From positions 5,952,001-6,016,000 of the forward strand of contig CBDDPY010000002.1 in assembly GCA_965232515.1 (NCBI GenBank): a stretch of DNA of 64,000 bases, read 5' to 3'. The DNA comes from Alphaproteobacteria bacterium. Its GTDB lineage: Bacteria > Pseudomonadota > Alphaproteobacteria > GCA-2731375. The notes under the pieces are model-generated. The model saw only the letters and a list, made by a program, of their open reading frames with translations, searched no databases and was not told the origin of the DNA. Position numbers and translations under genes: made by a program. Numbering within the stretch: position 1 is the first letter of the stretch; each line of letters starts with the position of its first letter. This document shows, in pieces, positions 19,068 through 28,540 of the stretch.

Positions 19068-20273
19068 ATGCAGGACTTCGATCAGGACGCCGCGTGCCCG
19101 CTCGACGGGTTGCGGGTGCTCGATCTGAGCCGGGTCGTGGCCGGCAATGCGCTGACGGCGCTGCTGGCCGATTTCGGGGCCGAAGTGATCAAGGTCGAAA
19201 CGCCGGGGCGCGGCGACGATCTGCGCAACTGGCGGGTGAACGGCGTGTCGACCTATTGGAAGGTCTATGGCCGCAACAAGAAGAGCCTGACGCTGAACCT
19301 GCGCGAAGAGGCCGGGCGGGCGCTGCTGTTGCGGCTGGTGGAGACGGCGGACGCGCTGGTCGAGAACTTCCGGCCGGGGCGGCTGGAGGAAATGGGGCTG
19401 GGGCCGGACCGGCTGCTGGAAGCGAACCCGAAACTGATCGTCGTGCGTGTCACCGGCTGGGGCCAGGACGGGCCGTTCCAACACAAGCCGGGTTTCGGCT
19501 CGCTGGTCGAAGCGATGTCGGGCTTCGCGGCCATGAACGGGTTCGAGGACCGGCCGCCGGTGCTGCCGCCGCTCGCCATGGCCGACATGATCGCCGGGCT
19601 TTATGGCGCATCGGCGGCGCTGGTGGCGCTGCGCAATGTCGAAGTAAAGGGCGGCCGGGGGCAGGTCATCGACCTGCCGCTGTTCGATCCAATCTTTTCG
19701 ATCCTCGGGCCGATGGCGGCGAACTACAAGCTGTCTGGCGTGGTCAATCCACGCGTCGGCAGCCGCTCGAACACGACGGCGCCGCGCAACGTCTACGCCA
19801 CCAACGACGGCGGCTGGGCGGCGCTGTCGGCCTCGACTCAGGGCATGTTCGAACGGTTGCTGCGGGCCATCGGCCGGCCGGATGTGATCGACGATCCGCG
19901 CTTCAAGACCAACGCCGACCGGGTGAAGAACGTCGAAGCGCTGGACGAGATCGTCGGTGGCTGGATCGGCGCGCGCACGCTCGACGAAAACCTCGCCTTC
20001 TTCGAGGATGCGGGCGTCACCGTCGGGCCGGTCTGCGACATCGCCGATCTGGTCGATCATCCCTATCTGAGCGAACGTGGCATCCTGGTCGAGCTGCCGG
20101 ACGACGAGATGGGTTCGGTGCCGATGCATACGGTGGTGCCGCGCCTCTCCGACACCCCCGGCGCCATCCGCCGGCCCGCGCCGACGCTGGGGGAGCATAC
20201 GGCGGAGATCCTGGCGGAGCTGGACGTCGAGGCCGATGAGATTACTCGGCTCGGCAAAGAGGGTGTGGTGTGA
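19068..20273 (+). CDS. Family III CoA-transferase (CaiB/BaiF)
   Basis: PLDGLRVLDLS, ADFGAEVIKVE, RNKKS, ENFRPG, ADMIAG. Confidence 0.93.
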   Translation: MQDFDQDAACPLDGLRVLDLSRVVAGNALTALLADFGAEVIKVETPGRGDDLRNWRVNGVSTYWKVYGRNKKSLTLNLREEAGRALLLRLVETADALVENFRPGRLEEMGLGPDRLLEANPKLIVVRVTGWGQDGPFQHKPGFGSLVEAMSGFAAMNGFEDRPPVLPPLAMADMIAGLYGASAALVALRNVEVKGGRGQVIDLPLFDPIFSILGPMAANYKLSGVVNPRVGSRSNTTAPRNVYATNDGGWAALSASTQGMFERLLRAIGRPDVIDDPRFKTNADRVKNVEALDEIVGGWIGARTLDENLAFFEDAGVTVGPVCDIADLVDHPYLSERGILVELPDDEMGSVPMHTVVPRLSDTPGAIRRPAPTLGEHTAEILAELDVEADEITRLGKEGVV

Positions 20274-20293
20274 TGTGGGCGGCGACCGTCGAC

Positions 20294-20381
20294 TGGATCA
20301 CCGGGTCAAGCCCGGTGATGACGTTTTTGAGTTTGAATATTCGCAATTGCTCGTCATTGCCGGGCGTGACCCGGCAATCCA
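20294..20381. repeat. REP doublet, family A
   Basis: TGGATCACCGGGTCAAGCCCGGTGATGAC-N30-GTCATTGCCGGGCGTGACCCGGCAATCCA. Confidence 0.9.
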
Positions 20382-20409
20382 GGGACCCAAGCATGGACAG
20401 GGGCTTGAA

Positions 20410-21315
20410 ATGACCGAAGCGACGTCGTTGCCGATGTGGCGCTCGATGTTGTTCGTGCCGGCGAATGTCGAACGGTTCGTGGACAAGGCGCATACGCGCG
20501 GCGCGGATGCGATCATTCTCGATCTCGAGGACAGCATCATGCCGGCGGAGAAGGCCGAGGCGCGGGCCTGCGTGACGGAGGCCGCCGCCAAGGTCAGCCG
20601 CGGCGGGGCCGATGTGCTGGTGCGCATCAACCGGCCCTGGCGCTTGGCGCTTGCCGATCTGGAAGCGGTGATCTCGCCGGCGATCAGCGCGGTGATCCTG
20701 CCGAAGGTGCCCGACGCCGGCCACATCCGCGCCATCGCCGAGATCGTCGACGAACTGGAGGCCGAGCGCGGCATGCGGAACGGGCATACCCGCTTCGATG
20801 CGCTGCTGGAGACGCCGGAGGCGATCTTCCGGGCGCGCGAGATCGCCGGCGCGCAACCGCGCCTCGTCGCCATGAACACGGGCTCGGAGGACCTCGCGAC
20901 CGAGATGCGCATGCCGCCGGAACCCGACGGGCTGTTCCAACCCTCGATGCGGGTGGCGCTGGCGGCGCGGGCGGCCGGCATCCTGCCGCTCGGCTTCATC
21001 GGCACGCTCGCAGATTTCACCGATCTCGACGGCTTTCGGGCGCTGGTGCGGCGGGCGCGCAAGCTCGGCTTCGAGGGCGCGTCGTGCATCCATCCAGCCC
21101 AGGTACCGATCCTGAACGAGGAATTCGCGCCGACGGCGGACGAGGTCGATTACGCCCGGCGGGTGATCGCGGCGGCGGACGACGCGGCCGGGGCGGGGCG
21201 CGGGTCGGCCACGGTCGACGGCAAGATGATCGACATTCCCATCGTCGACCGGGCGCGGCTGACGCTGGCGCGGTGGGAAAGGATCGAGGGGAAGGCGAAC
21301 GCAGCCGGTTCTTGA
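20410..21315 (+). CDS. CitE-like CoA ester lyase (HpcH/HpaI aldolase-citrate lyase family)
   Basis: RSMLFVP, ILDLEDS, VRIN, GSED, CIHPAQ, DGKMID.P. Confidence 0.92.
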   Translation: MTEATSLPMWRSMLFVPANVERFVDKAHTRGADAIILDLEDSIMPAEKAEARACVTEAAAKVSRGGADVLVRINRPWRLALADLEAVISPAISAVILPKVPDAGHIRAIAEIVDELEAERGMRNGHTRFDALLETPEAIFRAREIAGAQPRLVAMNTGSEDLATEMRMPPEPDGLFQPSMRVALAARAAGILPLGFIGTLADFTDLDGFRALVRRARKLGFEGASCIHPAQVPILNEEFAPTADEVDYARRVIAAADDAAGAGRGSATVDGKMIDIPIVDRARLTLARWERIEGKANAAGS

Positions 21316-21332
21316 GACGCATGCGTCGGCGC

Positions 21333-21430
21333 CTTCGAGACGCGCCCTGGCGGGCGCTCCTCAGGCTGAGGGTGTTGGACTTCTATGGACGGCCTCACGC
21401 TGAGGAGGCCGCGGAGCGGCCGTCTCGAAG
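21333..21430. repeat. REP doublet, family C
   Basis: CTTCGAGACG...CTCCTCAGGCTGAGG / CCTCACGCTGAGGAG...CGTCTCGAAG inverted pair between convergent genes. Confidence 0.8.
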
Positions 21431-21443
21431 CGCGCAACACGTC

Positions 21444-22484
21444 CTAATCCGGCGCCAGCATCACCTTGCATTGCGTCGTCGGGGTCTTCAGGGCTTCGAA
21501 GGCCTGGGGAAAATCGTCGAAGCCGACGGTGTCGGTGACCATGGCGGACGGGTCGATGCGGCCCTGGGCCAGCATGTCGATGGCAAACGCGAAGTCCTGC
21601 TTCAGGTACATGAAGACGTAGTTGACCTGCAGCTCCTTGGTGATGGCCTTCACCGGCAGGATGCGGTCGGGCTGCATGCAGACGCCGGCGACGACGACGC
21701 GGCCGCCGGCGGGCGCCGCGTCCATGGCGAGCTGCTGGCTGCCGGGCACGCCGACGGCGTCGAACACGACGTCGGGCCGGGCGCCGGCGATCTGCTTGAA
21801 GCGGCCGATCGCGTTTTCCTTGGTGGCGTCGATGCCGTCGGTGGCGCCGAATTTGGCGGCGCGGGCGACGCGGTCGGCGACGAGGTCGCTGACGATCACA
21901 TGGCGGGCGCCGAAGAAGCGGCACCATAGCGCGATGGCGAGGCCGATCGGGCCGGCGCCGATGACCAGCACGGTGTCGCCCGGCCGCAGGGCGGCCTTGT
22001 TGACGGCGTGCAGGCCGACGGCGAGCGGCTCGACCATGGCGCCGGCGCTGTCGTCGACGGCGTCGGGCAGGCGCAGGGCTTCGAAGGCGCCGACGCGGAC
22101 ATATTCGGCATAGGCGCCCGCAAGCTTGCCGAGGCCCATATAGGTCGAGCTGGCGCACCAGCGGCCATTGCCGGCGAGACATTGGGCGCAGGCGCCGCAG
22201 GCGATGTAGGGAAGTGCGCAGGCCCGTGTGCCGGTGCGCCAGTCGGCCGCCACGTCACGGCCGGCCTCGACCACCTCGCCCGCGAATTCGTGACCCATCA
22301 CGGCGCCCGCTGGCAGCGGCGACATGCCGCCGCTGTTGTCGCAGATTTCCGTCATGTGCAGATCAGAGCCGCAGATGCCGCAGGCCGTCACCTTCAGGAT
22401 CAGGTCCGATGGCCCCGGTTCGGGCACGGCCACGTCCTCAATGGCGAGCGGCTCGCCGATGGCCTTGAACACCGCCGCTTTCAT
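21444..22484 (-). CDS. Zn-dependent medium-chain alcohol dehydrogenase
   Basis: CGICGSDLH, GHEFAG, CGACAQC..C, GAGPIG. Confidence 0.93.
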   Translation of the reverse strand: MKAAVFKAIGEPLAIEDVAVPEPGPSDLILKVTACGICGSDLHMTEICDNSGGMSPLPAGAVMGHEFAGEVVEAGRDVAADWRTGTRACALPYIACGACAQCLAGNGRWCASSTYMGLGKLAGAYAEYVRVGAFEALRLPDAVDDSAGAMVEPLAVGLHAVNKAALRPGDTVLVIGAGPIGLAIALWCRFFGARHVIVSDLVADRVARAAKFGATDGIDATKENAIGRFKQIAGARPDVVFDAVGVPGSQQLAMDAAPAGGRVVVAGVCMQPDRILPVKAITKELQVNYVFMYLKQDFAFAIDMLAQGRIDPSAMVTDTVGFDDFPQAFEALKTPTTQCKVMLAPD

Positions 22485-22485
22485 G

Positions 22486-23370
22486 TCAGCCGGTCTCCAT
22501 CGGCAGGCTGTCGTCGCGGGCCCATTCGCTGAGCGAGGCGTCGTAGAGCGAGACCTTGTCGTAGCCCAACAGCGTCAGCACGAAGGTGTCGTTGCTGGCC
22601 GCGATGCCGCCGCCGCAATAGGCCACGACCTCGCGGTCGCGGCTGACGCCGGCGGCGTCGAACAGCGCCTGCAGCTCGGCCGGCGACCGGTAGGCGTTGG
22701 TCTCGGGGTCGGTGAGCGACCGGCCGGGCACGTTAACGCTGCCGGCGATGCGGCCGGGGCGGCCGTAATGGCGGCCGCTGCTGCCGTCGTGCTGCTCGGC
22801 CGTGAGCGCGTTGAGCACGCAGGCGCCGCCGTCACCGACGGCGGCTAAGACCTTGTCCTTTTCGGCAAAAAGCTCCGGCCGCGGATCGGCCGTGAACGTT
22901 GCCGGCGGATAGGCGGGCGGCTCGGTGGACACACGCCGGCCCTCGGCCTGCCACTTCTCCCAGCCGCCGTTCAGGATGGCGGCGTTGTCGAAGCCCATGG
23001 CGCGCAGCATCCACCAGACGCGGGTCGCCCATTGAATGCTGCCGGCGCTGTAGAGCACGACGCGCGTGCCGTCGCCGACGCCGAAGTGGGACATGGCGGC
23101 GGCGAACTGCTCGGCCGGCGGCATCATGAAGCGCAGCTTGGTTGATTGATCCGACAGCTCGCCCTGCAGGTCGATGAAACCGGCGCCGGGGATGTGCGCT
23201 TTCTCCCAGTCGGCGCGGCCGCTTTCGATGCGGTAGACCGCCTTGGGATCGGGCAGCAGGTAGGTCGTGCAGTCGAAGATGCGCAGGTCAGGGTCGGCGA
23301 GATGCGCTTCCAGCCAGTCGGTCTCGACCAGGTATTGCGGCTTCTGGAATCCGGTGGCGGCGTCGGTCAT
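22486..23370 (-). CDS. Two-domain rhodanese / sulfurtransferase (SseA-like)
   Basis: HIPGA, RVWWML, LNGG..KW, YCGGGIAA, LYDASLSEW. Confidence 0.92.
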   Translation of the reverse strand: MTDAATGFQKPQYLVETDWLEAHLADPDLRIFDCTTYLLPDPKAVYRIESGRADWEKAHIPGAGFIDLQGELSDQSTKLRFMMPPAEQFAAAMSHFGVGDGTRVVLYSAGSIQWATRVWWMLRAMGFDNAAILNGGWEKWQAEGRRVSTEPPAYPPATFTADPRPELFAEKDKVLAAVGDGGACVLNALTAEQHDGSSGRHYGRPGRIAGSVNVPGRSLTDPETNAYRSPAELQALFDAAGVSRDREVVAYCGGGIAASNDTFVLTLLGYDKVSLYDASLSEWARDDSLPMETG

Positions 23371-23482
23371 GCGGCGTTTCCTTTTGCGTTCGGAATTCGG
23401 CTGTCGCGGTCAGTCTACATGCTCTAGCCTGCGGACAGAAAAGCCGGTTGGCTGCTCTTCTGCGATTGCCTTCCGTGTTGTC

Positions 23483-23568
23483 TGGATTGCCGGGTCGAGC
23501 CCGGCAATGACGAGATTTGGCGAACGCGCACCCCATTTCGTCATGCCCGCGCTTGACGCGGGCATCCA
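23483..23568. repeat. REP doublet, family A
   Basis: TGGATTGCCGGGTCGAGCCCGGCAATGAC-N28-GTCATGCCCGCGCTTGACGCGGGCATCCA. Confidence 0.9.
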
Positions 23569-23627
23569 GGGACGTCGAGGGTAGGCCTTCCCAAACTGCG
23601 CTCTGCTTCAACCGTCTGCCCGTCTGC

Positions 23628-24884
23628 ATGTCCAGCGTTACATCCGAGAGCCTCGAGCCGTCGCGACCCGGCCGTACCGCCTTGCTGCTGCTGGCGGTGT
23701 GCTTTGTCCTGAACATGGCGGTGCGCGGGGTGCAGGAGGTCTTTCCCGTGTTCCTGCTGCCGATCAGTGCGGCGTTCGGGGCGGGGCGGGCCGAGACCAC
23801 GAGCGTGATCGCGGTGTCGTTCCTGGTGCTTGGGCTGTCGGGGCCGGTGATCGGCTGGCTGTTCGACCGCTGGGGGCCGTTCTGGCTGTTCCTGCTCGGC
23901 CTGTTGCTGACGACGGCGGCGGCGGTGCTGGCCTCACAGGCGACGGCGTTGTGGCAGCTGCACATTACGCTCGGTGCCATGATCGGCTTCGGCGTCGGCT
24001 GCGTCGGCTTCGTGCCGATCGCGGCGCTGCTGAGCAAATGGTTCCGGGCTCGGCTGTCGTCGGCGCTGGCGACGGCGCATTCGGCGAATGGCATCGGCCT
24101 GTTGTGGATGTCGCCGTTGGCGCAGTTGCTGATCGACTGGCAAGGCTGGCGCACCGCCTATCTGACGCTCGGGCTGTCGCTGTTGGCCCTGCTGCCGGTG
24201 TTGTTTCTGTTGAACTGGACCTGGGTGCGGCGCGGTCATCCGGACTATCGCGCGGCGGGATCGACCGCTGAGACGGATGCGCCGCCGGTCGCGGATGCGC
24301 CGACGCTGCGAGACGCCTTGCGCCACCCCGCCTTCTGGTGCATCGGCTGGGCGTTCCTGTTCACCAGCATCGGCATGTACATGATCAGCGTGCAGACGCC
24401 CGCCTATCTCGTGCATGTCGGCTACAGCCGGCAGGACGCGGCCGAGGCCTTCGGGCTGGTCGGGCTGCTGCTGCCGGTGGGGCTGATCGGCTTCGGCTGG
24501 CTCGCCGACCGCGTGGGCCGCAGCCGCACCATCCGACTCACGTACCTGTTGTCGCTCTGCGGCCTGACCTGCCTAATGCTGCTGTCAGAGGGGCCGGCAT
24601 TGTGGCTATTGGCGCTGTTCATCCTGCTCTACGGCGGCACCTTCGGGGCGCGCGGGCCGATCGTCTCGACCATCGCCGCGGTGAACTTCCGCGGGCCGGA
24701 CTTCGGCCGCATATTCGGCACCATCACCATGGGCATGGGCTTCGGCGTCGCCATCGGCGCCTGGGCCAGCGGATTTCTCTATGATCTGACCGGGGATTAC
24801 CGGATCATCATCGCCGCCGCCATGGCGGCGCTCGTGCTGGCGGCGTCGGTTTTCGTGTTCGTGCGCCCCATGGCCCGGGCTTAG
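23628..24884 (+). CDS. MFS transporter
   Basis: Twelve TM helices, GWLFDRWG and GWLADRVGR motif A. Confidence 0.9.
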   Translation: MSSVTSESLEPSRPGRTALLLLAVCFVLNMAVRGVQEVFPVFLLPISAAFGAGRAETTSVIAVSFLVLGLSGPVIGWLFDRWGPFWLFLLGLLLTTAAAVLASQATALWQLHITLGAMIGFGVGCVGFVPIAALLSKWFRARLSSALATAHSANGIGLLWMSPLAQLLIDWQGWRTAYLTLGLSLLALLPVLFLLNWTWVRRGHPDYRAAGSTAETDAPPVADAPTLRDALRHPAFWCIGWAFLFTSIGMYMISVQTPAYLVHVGYSRQDAAEAFGLVGLLLPVGLIGFGWLADRVGRSRTIRLTYLLSLCGLTCLMLLSEGPALWLLALFILLYGGTFGARGPIVSTIAAVNFRGPDFGRIFGTITMGMGFGVAIGAWASGFLYDLTGDYRIIIAAAMAALVLAASVFVFVRPMARA

Positions 24885-24908
24885 GCGTGATTAAGAGACG
24901 AGGGGCGC

Positions 24909-26036
24909 ATGCAAATCACGAGTAACTTCGACGGCGGCAATATCGAGGTGGTGAGCGCGGCCAAGCGCACTGATCTGCAGGTGCAGATCCGCAACGACAA
25001 CGGTTCCGAATTCTTCCAGTGGTTCTACTTTCGCCTGTCGGGCGCCCGCGAGCAGGCTTGCACGATCCACATCGTCAATGCCGGCAAGGCGTCTTATCCG
25101 AAGGGCTTTCAGGACTACAAGGCCGTCGCCTCCTACAACCGGGCCGACTGGTTCCGGGTGCCGACGACCTTCGACGGCAAGCGGCTGACGATCAAGCACA
25201 AGCCCGAACGCGACGCGGTCTATTACGCCTATTTCGCGCCCTACACGATGGAGCGGCACGCGGACCTCGTCGCCCATTGCCTGATGTCGCCGGATGTGAC
25301 GGGCGAGGTGCTGGGGCAGACGCTCGACGGCCAGGACCTGGATCTGTTGCGCATCGGCGAGGCGAAGCGGGGCCGGCGGGTCTGCTGGATCATCGGCCGG
25401 CAACACCCGGGCGAGACCATGGCGGAATGGTGGATGGAAGGGCTGCTGGAGCGGCTGACCGATCCGGACGACGCGGTGGCGCGGCAATTGCTGAAGCGTG
25501 CCGTGTTTTACGTGGTGCCGAACATGAACCCGGATGGCAGCCGGCGCGGCCATCTGCGCACCAACGCGGCGGGCGTGAACCTGAACCGGGAATGGAACGA
25601 GCCCAGCATGGCGAAAAGCCCGGAGGTGTTCCTGGTGCGGAATCGCATGCACGAGACCGGCGTCGATTTTTGCCTCGACGTGCACGGCGACGAGGGCCTG
25701 CCGTACAATTTCGTCGCCGGCTTCGAGGGCATTCCCTCGATCACCGACGCGCAGCTGGCGCTGCTCGAGGACTACAAGGCGACGCTCGCCCGCGTGAATC
25801 CGGACTTTCAGACCAAGCGCGGCTATGGCAAGGCGCCGGCGGGCCGCGCGAACCTGGCGATGTGCACGAACTACGTGGCCGAGAAATTCGGCTGCCTGGC
25901 GATGACGCTGGAGATGCCGTTCAAGGACGCGACCGACACGGCGATCCCGGAGACCGGCTGGTCGCCGGCCCGCTGCCGCGGCCTCGCCTGGTCCTGCGTC
26001 GACACGCTCTATGCCTTGGCCGACCGGCTGCGCTAG
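24909..26036 (+). CDS. M14-type cytosolic zinc carboxypeptidase
   Basis: FDGGNI, QWFYF, RQHPGE, NPDG, NLNR, DVHGDE, TLEMPF. Confidence 0.92.
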   Translation: MQITSNFDGGNIEVVSAAKRTDLQVQIRNDNGSEFFQWFYFRLSGAREQACTIHIVNAGKASYPKGFQDYKAVASYNRADWFRVPTTFDGKRLTIKHKPERDAVYYAYFAPYTMERHADLVAHCLMSPDVTGEVLGQTLDGQDLDLLRIGEAKRGRRVCWIIGRQHPGETMAEWWMEGLLERLTDPDDAVARQLLKRAVFYVVPNMNPDGSRRGHLRTNAAGVNLNREWNEPSMAKSPEVFLVRNRMHETGVDFCLDVHGDEGLPYNFVAGFEGIPSITDAQLALLEDYKATLARVNPDFQTKRGYGKAPAGRANLAMCTNYVAEKFGCLAMTLEMPFKDATDTAIPETGWSPARCRGLAWSCVDTLYALADRLR

Positions 26037-26049
26037 GGAGGCCCTCGTG

Positions 26050-26403
26050 ATGATCACCGTCTACGGCATTCCCAACTGCGATACCTGCCGCAAGGCCCGG
26101 CGTTGGCTCGACGAGCGTGGGGCCGACTACCGCTTCCACGACTTTCGTAAAGACGGCCTGGACCGCGCGACGGTCGCGGCCTGGCTCGCCGAGCTCGGCG
26201 CGGACGTGCTGGTCAACCGCCGCGGCACCACTTGGCGGCAGTTGCCGGAGGACGACCGCGCCAAGCTGGAGACGAATGCCGCCGACTTGCTGGTGGCCCA
26301 CCCGACCTTGATTAAACGCCCGGTCTTCGACCTCGGCGACAGCCGCCAGGTTGGCTTTGCCGCAGCGCAGGTGGCGGCGTTGGAGGCGGCGGTCGGCAGC
26401 TAA
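26050..26403 (+). CDS. ArsC/Spx family protein (YffB-like)
   Basis: YGIPNCDTCRKA, NRRGTTWR, PTLIKRP. Confidence 0.9.
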   Translation: MITVYGIPNCDTCRKARRWLDERGADYRFHDFRKDGLDRATVAAWLAELGADVLVNRRGTTWRQLPEDDRAKLETNAADLLVAHPTLIKRPVFDLGDSRQVGFAAAQVAALEAAVGS

Positions 26404-26429
26404 TTGGCGTTGGTGATTGCTCTTGGCCC

Positions 26430-26516
26430 TGGATGCCCGTGTCAAGCACGGGCATGACGGAAGGGGTGTCGTTACCTCAAATAGCTCGTCATTGCCGGGC
26501 TTGACCCGGCAATCCA
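26430..26516. repeat. REP doublet, family A (overlaps the MFS stop codon)
   Basis: TGGATGCCCGTGTCAAGCACGGGCATGAC-N29-GTCATTGCCGGGCTTGACCCGGCAATCCA. Confidence 0.9.
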
Positions 26517-27775
26517 GACCCGGGGTGGGCGCGTTCCGGTCCTTCCAGCGCAGCGGTGATGGCTTTACGTTTGCGCCAGGTCCAGAGCCAGATCAGGATC
26601 GAGAGCGCGGCGCCGGCAGCGAGGGGGAGGCGCAGGCCGAGCGCTTCGGAGAGGGCGCCCATGATGAGGGCGCCGGCGGCGGGGCCGCCGATGAAGATGA
26701 TGCCGTAGAGGCTGAGTACGCGGCCGCGCATGGCGCCGTCGACGGACATCTGCATCAGCGTCTGCATGCTGACGCCTGTCGCCACCATGGCCATGCCGGC
26801 GACGCCGACCGCCAGCAGCGCGAACCAGAAGATATCGGTGGCGGCAAAGGCGATGATCGCCAGCGACACGAACAGTGCGTTCAGCAGCACCAGCCGCGTC
26901 AGGCCGCCGCCGCCGCGCCGTGCCAGCCAGACGCCGGTAATCATGGCGCCGACGCCGACGGTCGAACTGAGCATGGCGAGACCGTCGGCGCCACGGCCGA
27001 AGACGTCAGCGGCGAAGCCCGGCATCAGCTCGACAAACGGCCGCACGCCAAGCGAGACCATGGCAAGCAGCAGCAGCATGGGCCCGATACCGGGGTGCCG
27101 CACGGTGTAGACGATGCCCTCGCCGAGCTGCTCCAGCACGGAGGCGCGGCCGGCGCCGGCGCCGCTCTCGGCCTCGGCGGTGAGGCGCAGACGCGAGAGC
27201 GCGATGATGAAGGCAAGGAAGCTGAGCGCGTTGGCGGCGAAAGCGCCGGCGACGCCCGTGGTGACGATCAGCAGTCCGGCGACGGCCGGACCGAGGAAAC
27301 GCGCCAGGTTGAAGGCGATGGAGTTGATCGCGATCGCCGTCGACAGGTCCTCGCGCGGCACCAGGCTCGGCATCAGGGCGAGCCGGGCCGGCTGGTTGAA
27401 GCCGATGACGACGCCGTTCACCAGCACCAGGAGCGCCAGCAGCTCGACATTGATGAGGCCGGCGATGGTGAGCGCGAACAAGACCGTCGCCTGAACCAGC
27501 GCGATCATCTGCGTGATCATCATGATGCGGCGGCGGTTGAAGCGGTCGGCCAGCACGCCGCCGAACGGCCCGAAGAACACCGCCGGCAGCAGGTCGGCGC
27601 AGGACACCAGCCCGAGCCAGAAGCCGGACTGGGTCAATTCCCAGGTCAGCCAGCCGACCGCGATCCGCTGCATCCAGGTGCCGACCAGCGAGATCGCGTT
27701 GCCGGTGATGTAGATGCGGAAGTTGCGGTGCTGGAACGTGGCGACAACGCCGCCGAAACCGGAACTGCTCGGCAT
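26489..27775 (-). CDS. MFS transporter (MFS_3/EntS-like)
   Basis: HRNFR..GN.IS..GTWMQ, GVLADRFNRR, FNLARFLGP, MRGRVLS. Confidence 0.9.
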   Translation of the reverse strand: MPSSSGFGGVVATFQHRNFRIYITGNAISLVGTWMQRIAVGWLTWELTQSGFWLGLVSCADLLPAVFFGPFGGVLADRFNRRRIMMITQMIALVQATVLFALTIAGLINVELLALLVLVNGVVIGFNQPARLALMPSLVPREDLSTAIAINSIAFNLARFLGPAVAGLLIVTTGVAGAFAANALSFLAFIIALSRLRLTAEAESGAGAGRASVLEQLGEGIVYTVRHPGIGPMLLLLAMVSLGVRPFVELMPGFAADVFGRGADGLAMLSSTVGVGAMITGVWLARRGGGGLTRLVLLNALFVSLAIIAFAATDIFWFALLAVGVAGMAMVATGVSMQTLMQMSVDGAMRGRVLSLYGIIFIGGPAAGALIMGALSEALGLRLPLAAGAALSILIWLWTWRKRKAITAALEGPERAHPGSGLPGQARQ

Positions 27776-27887
27776 GCCGCCAACCTGCGCCCGAATGGGT
27801 TGCATGGCAAGCCGGCGAAGACGATTTTTCCCAACGCGGTGCTGTTGCCTATACTGCGGCCCGGTTTGCAGGGGGATGGAAACGGGC

Positions 27888-28289
27888 ATGAACGACGATC
27901 CGCGGCATACGCTTTATGTCTGCCGCACCTGTCCGCGCTACGAGAAACGGCCGCCGGCGGGCGAGCCCACGGCCGGCCAGGCGCTGGCGATCCGGGTGAA
28001 GGCGCTGGCGCGGAGCTGGGCCGCGCGCGAGCACGTGAATATCCGTGTCATTACCTGTCTCGGCGGCTGCCCGAATCCCTGCAACGTGGCGGTCACCGGA
28101 CCCGGCAAGACGCGCCTTCGGTTCAGCCGGTTGGGCCCGGCCGATGCGGAGGCCGTCCTGACATTGGCCGAACGTCATCTGGCGAACGCCGACGGCGACC
28201 TGGGCGCCGACGACGTTCCCGAAGACCTTCGCGGCAAGCAGACGGCGCGCACGCCGCCGCGGATCGCTACGCCCGTCCAGCGGGACTGA
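27888..28289 (+). CDS. DUF1636-like metal-binding protein
   Basis: VCRTC...CLGGCPNPCNVA...ARTPP. Confidence 0.75.
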   Translation: MNDDPRHTLYVCRTCPRYEKRPPAGEPTAGQALAIRVKALARSWAAREHVNIRVITCLGGCPNPCNVAVTGPGKTRLRFSRLGPADAEAVLTLAERHLANADGDLGADDVPEDLRGKQTARTPPRIATPVQRD

Positions 28290-28540
28290 CGCCGACGTTC
28301 CGGCCCCTGTGATCGAGATCACTTCCCGGCGCACTGTTAATCGGCACGATGCGGCTCGAGGGTTGTAGACGACAACCAGGTTGAGGGCCGCCTGTTGAGA
28401 CCCGTTTGAGGGGGCAGGTCAGTCGCGTAGGGTCGTCGCCGTCCCGATCCAGGTCGAACCGACACGGACCGGGACGGCGGAGACTTTCCAGAGGTGGCAC
28501 GGCAGTTCGTGTCGGATCTGTTTCCTACCGTCCTCACCGT

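Noticed and set aside
28381-28410. Three TTGAG repeats upstream of the CHASE2-only gene
   Set aside because: Too short and irregularly spaced (14 and 11 bp) to support a binding-site call.
27776-28540. Cobalamin riboswitch near the DUF1636-like gene
   Set aside because: I could not find a B12-box or the GGGAA/GCCACTG core on either side of the gene.
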